From positions 1-64,000 of the IMG/VR virus record IMGVR_UViG_3300021961_000037: a DNA stretch of 64,000 bases. One strand, 5' to 3'. This document shows, one piece after another, positions 34,534 through 43,690 of this stretch. Position numbers and translations under genes: made by a program. Within the stretch, counting starts at the first letter, position 1. Each line of letters opens with the position of its first letter. A model generated the notes under the pieces. The model saw only the letters and a program-made list of their open reading frames with translations, searched no databases and had not been told where the DNA came from. This DNA is from a virus.

Positions 34534-36818
34534 CAGAAAATAACCTCTTCCTTTGGAAGGTCTGGCATCCGACCAGAAACCGCTCTCAATTTACGAACCC
34601 ATGCTTTCGCTTCTGGGGTCATGATAGTTGAACTGACCTGAGAATTTTGCGGAACAATCAAACGTGTCATCCGACTAATATCATCAATAACCTTGTCATC
34701 AATTACATTGGCATCAGGGAAATGTTGCACATATTTGCTAATCGTGATTCCCTCTGCAACGGACTCCCAAATGTTGGTTCTTGCGTAGTCGGACGATTGC
34801 CCAAGGTTCGGCAAAACATCCCTAAATGTTTGACCTTTGCTTTGTATGCGCATTGAGTCAAATCCAAGAACACCACTGAATGCCTGACGGCCTTCCTCCA
34901 TGAAATCCTCAATACTTTGTCCGTCAAGCGCTGTCTCAATGACTCGTCTGATGCCGTCAATTTCTTTGAAATCTTCAACATCATCTGTTTTGTAACCAAA
35001 CATCTTATTTCGGTTAGAGCCAACAGAATCCAGCGCCTGATAAAGGATGTTGTCCTTATCCCTCAATACTGTCTCTTTCGGAGAATAAAACTGGTTCAAG
35101 TTTTGAAGAGCATTTGAATCACTGTCAACCGCAAAACTGTGAAGAGTTCTAGTCGTGTAGTTACCAAAATATTCATCAAGATTCTTTGCTCCGGTGTAAC
35201 CGAAGTTTACTCGTCTTTCTTTTTCATCAGTAAAAAGTTTCGTAATATCAGACCATTTGGCATCAGGGTCAATACCGTGGTCAAGTGCAAAACGTGAGCC
35301 AAGATATGTGTCTCCAACATTTTCACCTTTGGAAATAATCTGTTGAAGCGCCGGCTTTGCGCTCGCATCCGGGTCAATGCCAACAGACCTTAGGATTTCA
35401 ACATAGTGCGATGCGTGAGCAACTTCGTGGATAGCGAGATTCACCTGATTATCGTCTGCGCCAATAATTCTCACCGTATGATCCAGCATGTCTCCTGCCC
35501 TGCCGACATCATCACTCAGTTTGGAATTATCCATCACCAAAGAATCTGGCACGATGCGCACAGCAGGAATTACTTTTCCATCACTATGAGCGGCCATCCA
35601 TGCGTAACCACCAGCACCGTCCAAACCCCTATCGCTTGAACGATGTACCTCAAAGGTGAATGTTCCTCTTAAGGATGGGTTATCGGCAAGAGAAATCTCG
35701 ACACCGACAAGAGACTCAATTATTCCTTTGGCAACCTCATTGCGGACGGCATTTTTGCCTTCTTCGGTTTGCATAATGTCAATGATTTTCTGTAATTGAC
35801 CTGCAAGTTCCTTGCGTCTTGCATCTCTTTGCGGCTCAAGCCCGTCAATTGCTTCAGTTATGAGAGCAATTCGCTTAGCGCCATCTTTTTCAAGATAGTC
35901 AAGTGAATCATCAATCATTTCCTTTGCACTTCTTGACTGTGGTATCCCCATCTTCAGCATCAATTCGTCGCCAAATTCTTCAAAACTTCTTTCCCCACGG
36001 TCTGGGACATATTTTGCGAGGAGTTTCTCCGACTTCGCCTCAAGTTCGGTATTGAAAGAATCGGCATCAAATGTGACTTTTGCGAGTAGCGGGCTACGAT
36101 CAGAATCTGCTGGTGGTGAAGCATCAGCCAAATCCATCTGCGGGGTTTCAAGTCTCCTATTTTCTTTTCTGTTCTTTTTTCGGATTGACGCAAGTACGCC
36201 AGTTGAATACCTTGCGGTACCAAAAAGATTGAGTCTGTCAATAAGTTCATTGGCCTCTGACCGCTGTTCTGCTGTCAGTTTCCCACTCTTCTCCAAACGA
36301 TTAAGCGCTAGTTCAGCCACATCTCGTCCTGCAGAACGAACCAAATCAACACCAAGAAGAGTCATTGCGGAAAGCGTCCCAGAACCGTCAACATTCAAGT
36401 AATCCAAAGCGTCAAGAGTTGCGAGCGAAGCCATTACTGCAACACGTGCAGCACCGCGAACTTCTTTCTTATCTAGGACTGCTTTTGCTTGAGAAAGCAG
36501 TTGACCAACTTCTCTCCTGCTAGCACGAACCGCACGTTTTGCGAGCGCCAAGCCAGGAACCATGCAGTTGGACATCTGCATGTCGGTAAACTGATTGGCG
36601 TTTGGCGTACCCGGCGGGCAACGAAGTTTCCCCAACTCGTCAACAATCACTCCAGCGGCACGCGCAGCACGAGAGCCAACAGATGAAATGTTTGGGTTGT
36701 CCCTCAGCGAAGGACCAAGAAAGCCCTTGAACAAAAGGACATTTTCGTGAACAGAAGATACAGATTTTCTGTATGCCTCCACCCTCTCGTTTGCATCCCA
36801 AGCAAGAGACGACTTCAT
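34533..36818 (-). CDS. Putative virion-associated effector with zincin metallopeptidase domain
   Basis: RCPPGTPNANQFTDMQMSNC module; AIHEVAHASH (HExxH) and downstream SDYARTNIWESVAE. Confidence 0.7.
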   Translation of the reverse strand: MKSSLAWDANERVEAYRKSVSSVHENVLLFKGFLGPSLRDNPNISSVGSRAARAAGVIVDELGKLRCPPGTPNANQFTDMQMSNCMVPGLALAKRAVRASRREVGQLLSQAKAVLDKKEVRGAARVAVMASLATLDALDYLNVDGSGTLSAMTLLGVDLVRSAGRDVAELALNRLEKSGKLTAEQRSEANELIDRLNLFGTARYSTGVLASIRKKNRKENRRLETPQMDLADASPPADSDRSPLLAKVTFDADSFNTELEAKSEKLLAKYVPDRGERSFEEFGDELMLKMGIPQSRSAKEMIDDSLDYLEKDGAKRIALITEAIDGLEPQRDARRKELAGQLQKIIDIMQTEEGKNAVRNEVAKGIIESLVGVEISLADNPSLRGTFTFEVHRSSDRGLDGAGGYAWMAAHSDGKVIPAVRIVPDSLVMDNSKLSDDVGRAGDMLDHTVRIIGADDNQVNLAIHEVAHASHYVEILRSVGIDPDASAKPALQQIISKGENVGDTYLGSRFALDHGIDPDAKWSDITKLFTDEKERRVNFGYTGAKNLDEYFGNYTTRTLHSFAVDSDSNALQNLNQFYSPKETVLRDKDNILYQALDSVGSNRNKMFGYKTDDVEDFKEIDGIRRVIETALDGQSIEDFMEEGRQAFSGVLGFDSMRIQSKGQTFRDVLPNLGQSSDYARTNIWESVAEGITISKYVQHFPDANVIDDKVIDDISRMTRLIVPQNSQVSSTIMTPEAKAWVRKLRAVSGRMPDLPKEEVIF

Positions 36819-36830
36819 CGTCTCACCTAC

Positions 36831-37061
36831 TTAGAACGATTCGGCTTCGGCAGGCTTCTCTTCTGTTGACTCAACCACCGCTTCTGTCACATCGGACTCG
36901 GCAACCGGCTCAGCAACGACTGCTTCTGCTTCATGTGCAACGGACTCTTCAGCCTTCTTTGATGAACGCTTCTTTGGTTTTGGCTGGGCGGAATCCTTCA
37001 CTTCTGAAGATTCTGCTCCGCCGATAAATCCAGCGCTGTTGGGTTGACGAACTTTCTTCAC
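36831..37061 (-). CDS. Small low-complexity protein
   Basis: GTGA overlap with upstream gene. Confidence 0.55.
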   Translation of the reverse strand: MKKVRQPNSAGFIGGAESSEVKDSAQPKPKKRSSKKAEESVAHEAEAVVAEPVAESDVTEAVVESTEEKPAEAESF

Positions 37062-38569
37062 TTTGTTTCTCCATCTTGCTCAATTTCCAATGCGAGCATC
37101 TCAAACTCCATCAGGGAACCGATGAGATTCTTTGCTTCGTCGTCAGAAAGTTTCTCTTCATCTGTTTCGACCAGAGACTTCTCTCCGTCCATCCAGTTTT
37201 CAGGAATCATTTCTTCCTTGCCAAGGTCGCGGGCACGCTTCATGATGTGCTTCTTTGCCGCTTCCTTATCGCCTGCGCGACCGAAAGCCTGAATTGCGTT
37301 CTGCAAGTCCGCCTCATCAACGATTGGGAATGATCCGTCTGGAAGAGCCATGCCTTCTTTGGCAAGTTCTTCACGGCGGTCGTCGCTATACATGCGCTTC
37401 AGGGCAAGGTCAGCAACTTCCTCATCAATATCCGATGCTTCTTCGGCATCGTACTCGTCATATCCGAGTACTTCTCCGTCAACACCAACGAAGACATCGT
37501 AAGACTTGCCGTCCGTGCCCTCAATTTCAACGGCGTATGCGTCGTAGCCCTCGAACATGTCTGCATCAACGGCAACAACTTCGCCCTCAATGGACTTCGT
37601 TGCAATTGACGCTGCTTCGTCAAACGAGATGACTTTCTCGCCAGGGACTGTGGCAACTTCGCCAATCAAATCCTCATTCAGGAGGTGCCATCCCATGCAC
37701 TCGCCGGTAGTTCCGTCAAAGTAAGCCTCAATCGGCTTTCCATCTTTGCGCTGAACATCAACAACGAAGATATCCGTCTTGTCTGCGTATCCAGAGTCAA
37801 GGATTTTTCCGCTGAACATATCTTCGGCGATACCTTCAACTTCAAGAAGTGTCGGCATATTTTCGTGTGGTTCGCATCCGCCAGGGCAGTTTGCGCAAAT
37901 GTCACTTCCACCAGGGTACATTTTGCGCTCAATCGCGCAAACGAACGCCTGCTCGTCACCATCGAACTGCTCGCTCTTCACGCCCATGCTTTCCATGCGC
38001 TTCTTGCGTGCATTCTTGCGGTTCTTGAGCATTTCCTCAAGTTGACCCCACATCTTTTCTTCTTCTTCGTCGTCCATTTGGTCGTCGCCATCAACTGCTG
38101 TGACAGCGTCTTCCTTCATGTCGTCTTCTTCTTCGTCGTCCTCTTCGTCGGCGACTGCTGCGGCCATTACTTCCATCGGGGAAGTTGGCTTGGCTGCTGA
38201 CGCCTTCTCTTCAACATCCTCAACATTCTCTGTTGTCTCAGTTGTTGAGTCTTCAACCCAGTCGGACTCAAATTCATCATCCTTGACTGCGACGGCGGTA
38301 GCACCGCACTTGCCGCAGACTTTTGCGCCTGGCTTGTATCCGCACTCAGAGATATCAAGACCCTTTGCGCACTTAATATCGCCGTTGGCGAGAAGTTGGA
38401 CTGTCGGTGTATCTGCCATGTCTTCTGACTCCTTGTATTGCATCGTCTTCACGATGCAACCCGCTGGATTGGTACAACCACTACATGGCGTAAGGCGTTT
38501 AACGCCCGAAACCATGCAGTGATATTTTGCTGATTTTTCTGGTAAACCTGTATTAGAAGTATAACCCAT
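37058..38569 (-). CDS. Acidic head-module (scaffold-like) protein with Cys clusters and tandem PepSY-like domains
   Basis: Three Cys clusters; ISFDEAASIA....GEVV.VD......YAVEI...DGK.YDV.V..DGEVL; C-terminal LPDGSFPI...DLQNAIQAFGRA domain. Confidence 0.7.
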   Translation of the reverse strand: MGYTSNTGLPEKSAKYHCMVSGVKRLTPCSGCTNPAGCIVKTMQYKESEDMADTPTVQLLANGDIKCAKGLDISECGYKPGAKVCGKCGATAVAVKDDEFESDWVEDSTTETTENVEDVEEKASAAKPTSPMEVMAAAVADEEDDEEEDDMKEDAVTAVDGDDQMDDEEEEKMWGQLEEMLKNRKNARKKRMESMGVKSEQFDGDEQAFVCAIERKMYPGGSDICANCPGGCEPHENMPTLLEVEGIAEDMFSGKILDSGYADKTDIFVVDVQRKDGKPIEAYFDGTTGECMGWHLLNEDLIGEVATVPGEKVISFDEAASIATKSIEGEVVAVDADMFEGYDAYAVEIEGTDGKSYDVFVGVDGEVLGYDEYDAEEASDIDEEVADLALKRMYSDDRREELAKEGMALPDGSFPIVDEADLQNAIQAFGRAGDKEAAKKHIMKRARDLGKEEMIPENWMDGEKSLVETDEEKLSDDEAKNLIGSLMEFEMLALEIEQDGETK

Positions 38570-38613
38570 AATAGTGTTTGCTTTCTGTTAGCAACGCGAC
38601 ATCATGCAAGTTG

Positions 38614-41130
38614 CTACTTTTTGCTTTCAATATTTTGGATTACATTGGTGAGAGCATCATATGCATCGCTAGGAATATCTGCGATGTCAAATATTTCAAC
38701 ACCAAATTCATTTGCTTCTGACTTGATTCCGTAGTGTTCAAGAACGGGGTCAAGTATTTCCTTAATGCCAAAGACGCTCTGTGTCTTGGCTTTCACGAGG
38801 AAACTTCCGCTTTTGAGTTCAAGTTCATTGACCCCTCCAGCGAGAAGAACTTCCTGCATCAACTTGTATGCGTCACGCAATTTCTGCATATTTCGTGCAT
38901 TTATTACGCGACCAGCCTTAACTTCAACATCTTCCTCAAGTTCTTTGACCATCTCAGCAAGCGCTGCGGCTAGGGCAGCAATCATTTCCCTGCCCCCACC
39001 ACCACAACTTCCGCCACAACCGCAACCACCACCAGGCTTTGACATGAGAGGCATCTCAATGGTTTGCCCATCTTCGTCTTCACCCTCAATAACCCAGTTG
39101 TCGTCACCAGTCATCTGCGAGATGAACTCTGGTTCTGCGTTCATGAACTCACGAAGAGCCTCGTATGCCTGCTTGTTTGCGTCCTCTTCGTCATCTGTCT
39201 CAAAGTCCGGCAAGGAACCAACAGCCATCCGTTCTGCTACTTCTTCCATCATCATTGCGTTCTTTTCCTCAGTTCCCTGATCTCCAAAAACCTCAATAAT
39301 GTCTTCCACCGTGAACGAGCCATCATCTTTGCGCCCTGCCAAGCGACGAAGTCGGTCATTCCACTCTGAGTCATTCCAAATTGAGCCGTTGGCGATTCCA
39401 CGAATCTTCTTGCGGCAATTCTTCATCCCAGGATGATGGCATCCTTCGTTCGGCCAGAGACCAGTCGTTTCGTGGTGAAGCCATGCACAGATGTTGTTCA
39501 ATGGGTACAACTCTGGATGGTTAGCAAGAATCACTCGGCATCTGCGGAATCCACCTGGCTTACGCATGATTGGACGCCAGTAGCGGAGCAAGCGCTCAAG
39601 GTTGCCTCGACGAGGACCGTACCCACGGAAACGAGCAGTGACCACTTCCTGCGGAATCAAGCCGCCAAGCGGGTCAGCCTTTTCTGGCGACTTCGGCTTC
39701 ACACCAACGGGAACCTGCGGGTCTTCATCCATGTCGTAGCGGTCTTCAAAACGACGTTCTTCGTCTGTGGTGGAAGGACCTTCGTCGCCGTTCATATTGA
39801 GAAATACCAACTTTGGCTTGACCCGTGTCGGGTCGCCGAACATGAACTTGCCGTCTTCGTAGTGGTAGGAAACGCGGAGTGTGGTGACACCCTGCTCGCC
39901 ACGGTGGTCAAAGATGACCTGGTTGGCGTCTGATTCACGAACACGAACAGCACCACCAAACCGTTTTGCAAGCGCACTTGCGAGGTTCGCCGCACGACCT
40001 AGTTCTGGCTTTGTTGCTGGAACGCTGTCGTCGTTTTCCTCGTCTGATTCTTTTTCTTTTGCTTGTTCCATCAGTCGGCTAATCATTTCCATAACGCGGC
40101 GCTTCTTAAACTGCTCCATTGCGCGGGCACGCATCATCCGCTCCACTTCGGAGCGATTCATCGCCTTCGGTGTCGGCTCCATACCCTTTGACCGGAGTTC
40201 GGCGTAGACAAACTGCTGGCATTCCTTTTTGAAAGACGGATCTGATGTCACAGCCTCAATTGCTTTGGCTTGTATGTCACCAATTTCTTCAGTCTTCTTG
40301 GAGTTTTGATAACGCTCCAGCAGCCTTCTGCCTTTTGCGGCAAGTTTGGATGCATCTTCCATGTTCTGGGGAACAGGTTCACCCCAAGCGGCTGCCGACA
40401 GTGCGAGACGTGTCGGTTTGCCGTTGTCGTCCTTCATTGGACCACTTGGGTTTGTAAAGAAACGAGTAAGGAATGAGCCCTTGCGACGCATCTTTTCTGG
40501 TGTGTCGGCGGGTCCCTTTACCCCGGGCTTGAGGTTTGAGCCCTGCGTGCGATTGAAGTGTCGTCGACCAGCGGCGGTCAAACCACCCTTGGGGTCTTTG
40601 AGTGGCTGGTCTTGCTTGATGCTGATTGTTCCCGTGAGTTGGTTTGCGCCATGCAAAACGGGTGAAACTTCGTAAAGTTCAACTTTCTTGAGAATGTTTG
40701 CTTGCCGTGCTGGGTCAAAGTCTGCCTCAAGTGTTTTGTAGCCAATTGACCATTCTTGTTCTTCCCCAAAGAACGAAACATCTGCAAATGCTTGACGTCC
40801 ACGCTCTGACTTGAGGTTGAACTGAACTCGGGCGTACATTCCGCCGATTCCAGCATTTTTCATTTTTGCTGGCAGTCTCGGGTCGGACTTCGGAACCTCG
40901 TAGATTTCTAGAACTTTTCCAATCGGTTCATTCCAGTTGTGGCCCCAAACTACGCGAGGCTTACGGCGCTTAAGGCTTTCCGTGAATGCGCCAGAGATAA
41001 TGATGTCCCCGACTGAGTCTTTGTTGCCGATACCCGCTACAAAGGCTTCAACAATTCCTTGGGCTTCGTCAACATTTACTTGCCCTTGGACTGCCTTATA
41101 TTCCGTAAGTTCGATTGCTGTGTTTGGCAT
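38614..41130 (-). CDS. HK97-type prohead protease (S78) with long multidomain C-terminal extension
   Basis: DSVGDII..GAF, WGHNWNEPIG, WSIGY, LYEVSPV..GAN. Confidence 0.92.
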   Translation of the reverse strand: MPNTAIELTEYKAVQGQVNVDEAQGIVEAFVAGIGNKDSVGDIIISGAFTESLKRRKPRVVWGHNWNEPIGKVLEIYEVPKSDPRLPAKMKNAGIGGMYARVQFNLKSERGRQAFADVSFFGEEQEWSIGYKTLEADFDPARQANILKKVELYEVSPVLHGANQLTGTISIKQDQPLKDPKGGLTAAGRRHFNRTQGSNLKPGVKGPADTPEKMRRKGSFLTRFFTNPSGPMKDDNGKPTRLALSAAAWGEPVPQNMEDASKLAAKGRRLLERYQNSKKTEEIGDIQAKAIEAVTSDPSFKKECQQFVYAELRSKGMEPTPKAMNRSEVERMMRARAMEQFKKRRVMEMISRLMEQAKEKESDEENDDSVPATKPELGRAANLASALAKRFGGAVRVRESDANQVIFDHRGEQGVTTLRVSYHYEDGKFMFGDPTRVKPKLVFLNMNGDEGPSTTDEERRFEDRYDMDEDPQVPVGVKPKSPEKADPLGGLIPQEVVTARFRGYGPRRGNLERLLRYWRPIMRKPGGFRRCRVILANHPELYPLNNICAWLHHETTGLWPNEGCHHPGMKNCRKKIRGIANGSIWNDSEWNDRLRRLAGRKDDGSFTVEDIIEVFGDQGTEEKNAMMMEEVAERMAVGSLPDFETDDEEDANKQAYEALREFMNAEPEFISQMTGDDNWVIEGEDEDGQTIEMPLMSKPGGGCGCGGSCGGGGREMIAALAAALAEMVKELEEDVEVKAGRVINARNMQKLRDAYKLMQEVLLAGGVNELELKSGSFLVKAKTQSVFGIKEILDPVLEHYGIKSEANEFGVEIFDIADIPSDAYDALTNVIQNIESKK

Positions 41131-41185
41131 GAGTCTCTCCTGTGCTCATACCACAATAAACTATTTAGGTCTTCAAAAATGCAAC

Positions 41186-41219
41186 ACTTTCAGTAAAGTG
41201 TCTTTGGTTTACTGAAAGT
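41186..41219. repeat. 12-bp inverted repeat ACTTTCAGTAAA-N10-TTTACTGAAAGT between portal and protease
   Basis: Seen directly; half-site recurs at 18178-18188 and partially at 52025-52033. Confidence 0.75.
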
Positions 41220-43441
41220 CAGTCAAACCTGAAGCGCAAACGGCATCTGCAGTTGTATGTAAGTGACGGCGGAGCAAGTGGGTCGCCAGGGAAGCGAAGC
41301 ATTGTTCCACCGACAGCGAAGCCTTCACCAAAGTCAACTGTCTTGCCCTCAAGGAACTGGTGAGCGGTCCTGACCTTGGAATCTTTGCGTGTGATCCATG
41401 TCTTGGTTAAACCACCAGATTCTTTTCCGGAAAGGTAGACACCAGCATTGAATGCGCTCTGTGCTTCGTGTTCCGCCATTGCGCGGCGGCGCTTGCGTAG
41501 GAGATTAATGAAAATGGCAGCCAAAGCCAGTCGTAGCAATTGCGATTTGTCTTCATCATCCCCAGATGCAAGAGCCACGAGAACCGCTGCCGCAATTTCC
41601 TCAAAAGTTGACTGATTCGCCTGTTGCATTCGCTCAATCTGCTGTTCGGCGAGTTTTTCCAGTTCTTCTTGGTCAATATTCACCGGCATGTTTGTTTTTG
41701 ATGACACATAGTCTTTTGCTTCGTTGCAGATGGCGATAATGACTGGCTTCACATCATCCGACAGTTGCTTGTTCCATACGTCAATGTCAAAGAACATGTC
41801 TGCGGTTAGAACGCCAGAAGAAAGTGCTTTGAGTGACTTCTTCCCAAATGCTTTTTCTACAACTACTCGTTGCTGTCGCTCAAAGAGACGCTCAAGTGTG
41901 CGGTCAAGAATTTCCGTCCACCTATCGGTGTCTGTGTCTGCTTTTGTTTCAACTTCTTCCATGAACTTTTGGTGGAGTTGAGATTGGATTTCCTCAAAAG
42001 CGCTGAGTTGCTGTTCTGCTGGTAGTGCGCCAGTTTCCATCGGTTGTTCTGCGCCAGTTGCGGGAGCCTCTCCTTCTGGTGCTGGAATTGGTGCTGGCGG
42101 TGCCGGCTGTGGCATTTCCGCTGCTCCGTCTTGTGGTGGTAATCCAGCCACGGGAGCATTTTGCTCGGTTCCGACCATGTCAACTGGTTGCTGTTGCTCT
42201 GGTTTGAACGCCTTCTCGGTATTTGCAATCGGAGTAAGGTTCGGATTGGAGAGAAGAGAATCCGCAAGTTCCGACTCAACTTTTTTGCGACCAGTTGACG
42301 ATCGGTACTCGTTGACAGAAATCAAACCTTGCTGGAATTCATCCATCGTGTACCGCTCTCGTTCCTGCTTCGCAAGAATGAGAATCGGAATATCCGCCGT
42401 GTCAAAGTCAACATAGTAATTGTCATCAAGTTCATCTAGCGCACGACTCAATGTATGCAGATGGGGAACCATTGTTTCCATCCAGAAAACACGAAGTTCT
42501 TCTGAGGCATTGCTGAATGTTCTTCCAGCAGCATTTCCTATAACAGACTCTGGAACTCCGAATGCTGAGAGGATTTCTTCTTTCTGGATTTGACGCAACT
42601 GAATGTACGCAGCGTCTCTCGGAGAAGCAGAAGTATCCACATAGTCAACGCCGTCTGTTGACGCAATGACACTTGTGTATCCGACACGGGAAAGATTTCC
42701 GCGGAAACGAGCCTTTAATTCTTGCTTGTCGTCTTCTTCCATGTCGCCACGAACAACGATGAGACCGCCTGGTCTGCCGTCGTTCAACAGATAGTTGCGG
42801 TTGTACAACTTCGCAAGGTTCTCAAGTTCAATTGCGATTCCCGCCGATTCCATTGGCGTGATTGACAGATATGGGTCAAGCGGATGTGGTCGTCGAACCC
42901 AACAAACATCTTCTGGCTTGAGGGTTACCTTTGTTCCGTTGCGCATATCAACTTCATAGCCAGAAACAAATTTCCTGGGGTCTGGAATTGGTGCTGTGTG
43001 TTGTGGGGGGAGGAGATGGAGACCAATGATGCGACCATCACGTCCCCGAACTTTTTCTATGAAGGCACCCCTACTGCTCATGAGCAGTTGCGATGAAAGT
43101 CTGTATCTAAAGACGAACGAGTTTTCGCCCATGTTTGTTTTTGAGTTCAGTAGTTCAACAATTGTTTCGTCTGTTGTGACTATTTCTCCACGCTGATCAT
43201 TGTCTTTGCGAAGCATGACTGGCAGGCGAGCCTGATTGCCGGCGATTGCATCAATACAGCGGAAAACCCATGTGACTTTTTGGATTCCCTCTCGGTATGC
43301 ACGCTCGATATCCCAGCCATCCCGATACGGCTTTCCAGCACGACCAGCATCAAATGCGATTGGGGCACCAGCGTTCAAAATTGATTTTTCTTCAATTCCG
43401 CTACGGATGTCCTTATTGGCGAACCCACTATTCCATGCCAT
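41219..43441 (-). CDS. HK97-family portal protein fused to C-terminal MuF (gp7/Mu F head morphogenesis) domain
   Basis: WVFRCIDAIA...LP, N.GRPGG, I.SAFGVP..V.G...FSN; C-terminal KTW.T.KD.KVR.AH...G.F......FPGDP......NCRC. Confidence 0.92.
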   Translation of the reverse strand: MAWNSGFANKDIRSGIEEKSILNAGAPIAFDAGRAGKPYRDGWDIERAYREGIQKVTWVFRCIDAIAGNQARLPVMLRKDNDQRGEIVTTDETIVELLNSKTNMGENSFVFRYRLSSQLLMSSRGAFIEKVRGRDGRIIGLHLLPPQHTAPIPDPRKFVSGYEVDMRNGTKVTLKPEDVCWVRRPHPLDPYLSITPMESAGIAIELENLAKLYNRNYLLNDGRPGGLIVVRGDMEEDDKQELKARFRGNLSRVGYTSVIASTDGVDYVDTSASPRDAAYIQLRQIQKEEILSAFGVPESVIGNAAGRTFSNASEELRVFWMETMVPHLHTLSRALDELDDNYYVDFDTADIPILILAKQERERYTMDEFQQGLISVNEYRSSTGRKKVESELADSLLSNPNLTPIANTEKAFKPEQQQPVDMVGTEQNAPVAGLPPQDGAAEMPQPAPPAPIPAPEGEAPATGAEQPMETGALPAEQQLSAFEEIQSQLHQKFMEEVETKADTDTDRWTEILDRTLERLFERQQRVVVEKAFGKKSLKALSSGVLTADMFFDIDVWNKQLSDDVKPVIIAICNEAKDYVSSKTNMPVNIDQEELEKLAEQQIERMQQANQSTFEEIAAAVLVALASGDDEDKSQLLRLALAAIFINLLRKRRRAMAEHEAQSAFNAGVYLSGKESGGLTKTWITRKDSKVRTAHQFLEGKTVDFGEGFAVGGTMLRFPGDPLAPPSLTYNCRCRLRFRFD

Positions 43442-43617
43442 TATTCAGACCCCAACAAATATCCGAAAATTCCGCAAGTGACCCCTCCAACTATGAAGCC
43501 CGCTGGTGGGAAAATTAGAAATGAACCGACTGTCGTCCCACCAACAAATAAAACCATTAGACCATTTGCTGCGGATGAGCGGGTCAAGTACTTCCCGAGT
43601 TTTGATAATTTGTCCAT
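43441..43617 (-). CDS. Small two-TM membrane protein upstream of portal (58 aa, MDKLSKLGKYLTRSSAANGLMVLFVGGTTVGSFLIFPPAGFIVGGVTCGIFGYLLGSE)
   Basis: Hand-translated; TAATG coupling to portal; typical position. Confidence 0.7.
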   Translation of the reverse strand: MDKLSKLGKYLTRSSAANGLMVLFVGGTTVGSFLIFPPAGFIVGGVTCGIFGYLLGSE

Positions 43618-43690
43618 CTAGACCGTCACCCTAGCAAAAGTAAGACTCAAACCATAGTACATTATTGGTGTTCACGAGATTGCGGAAACC

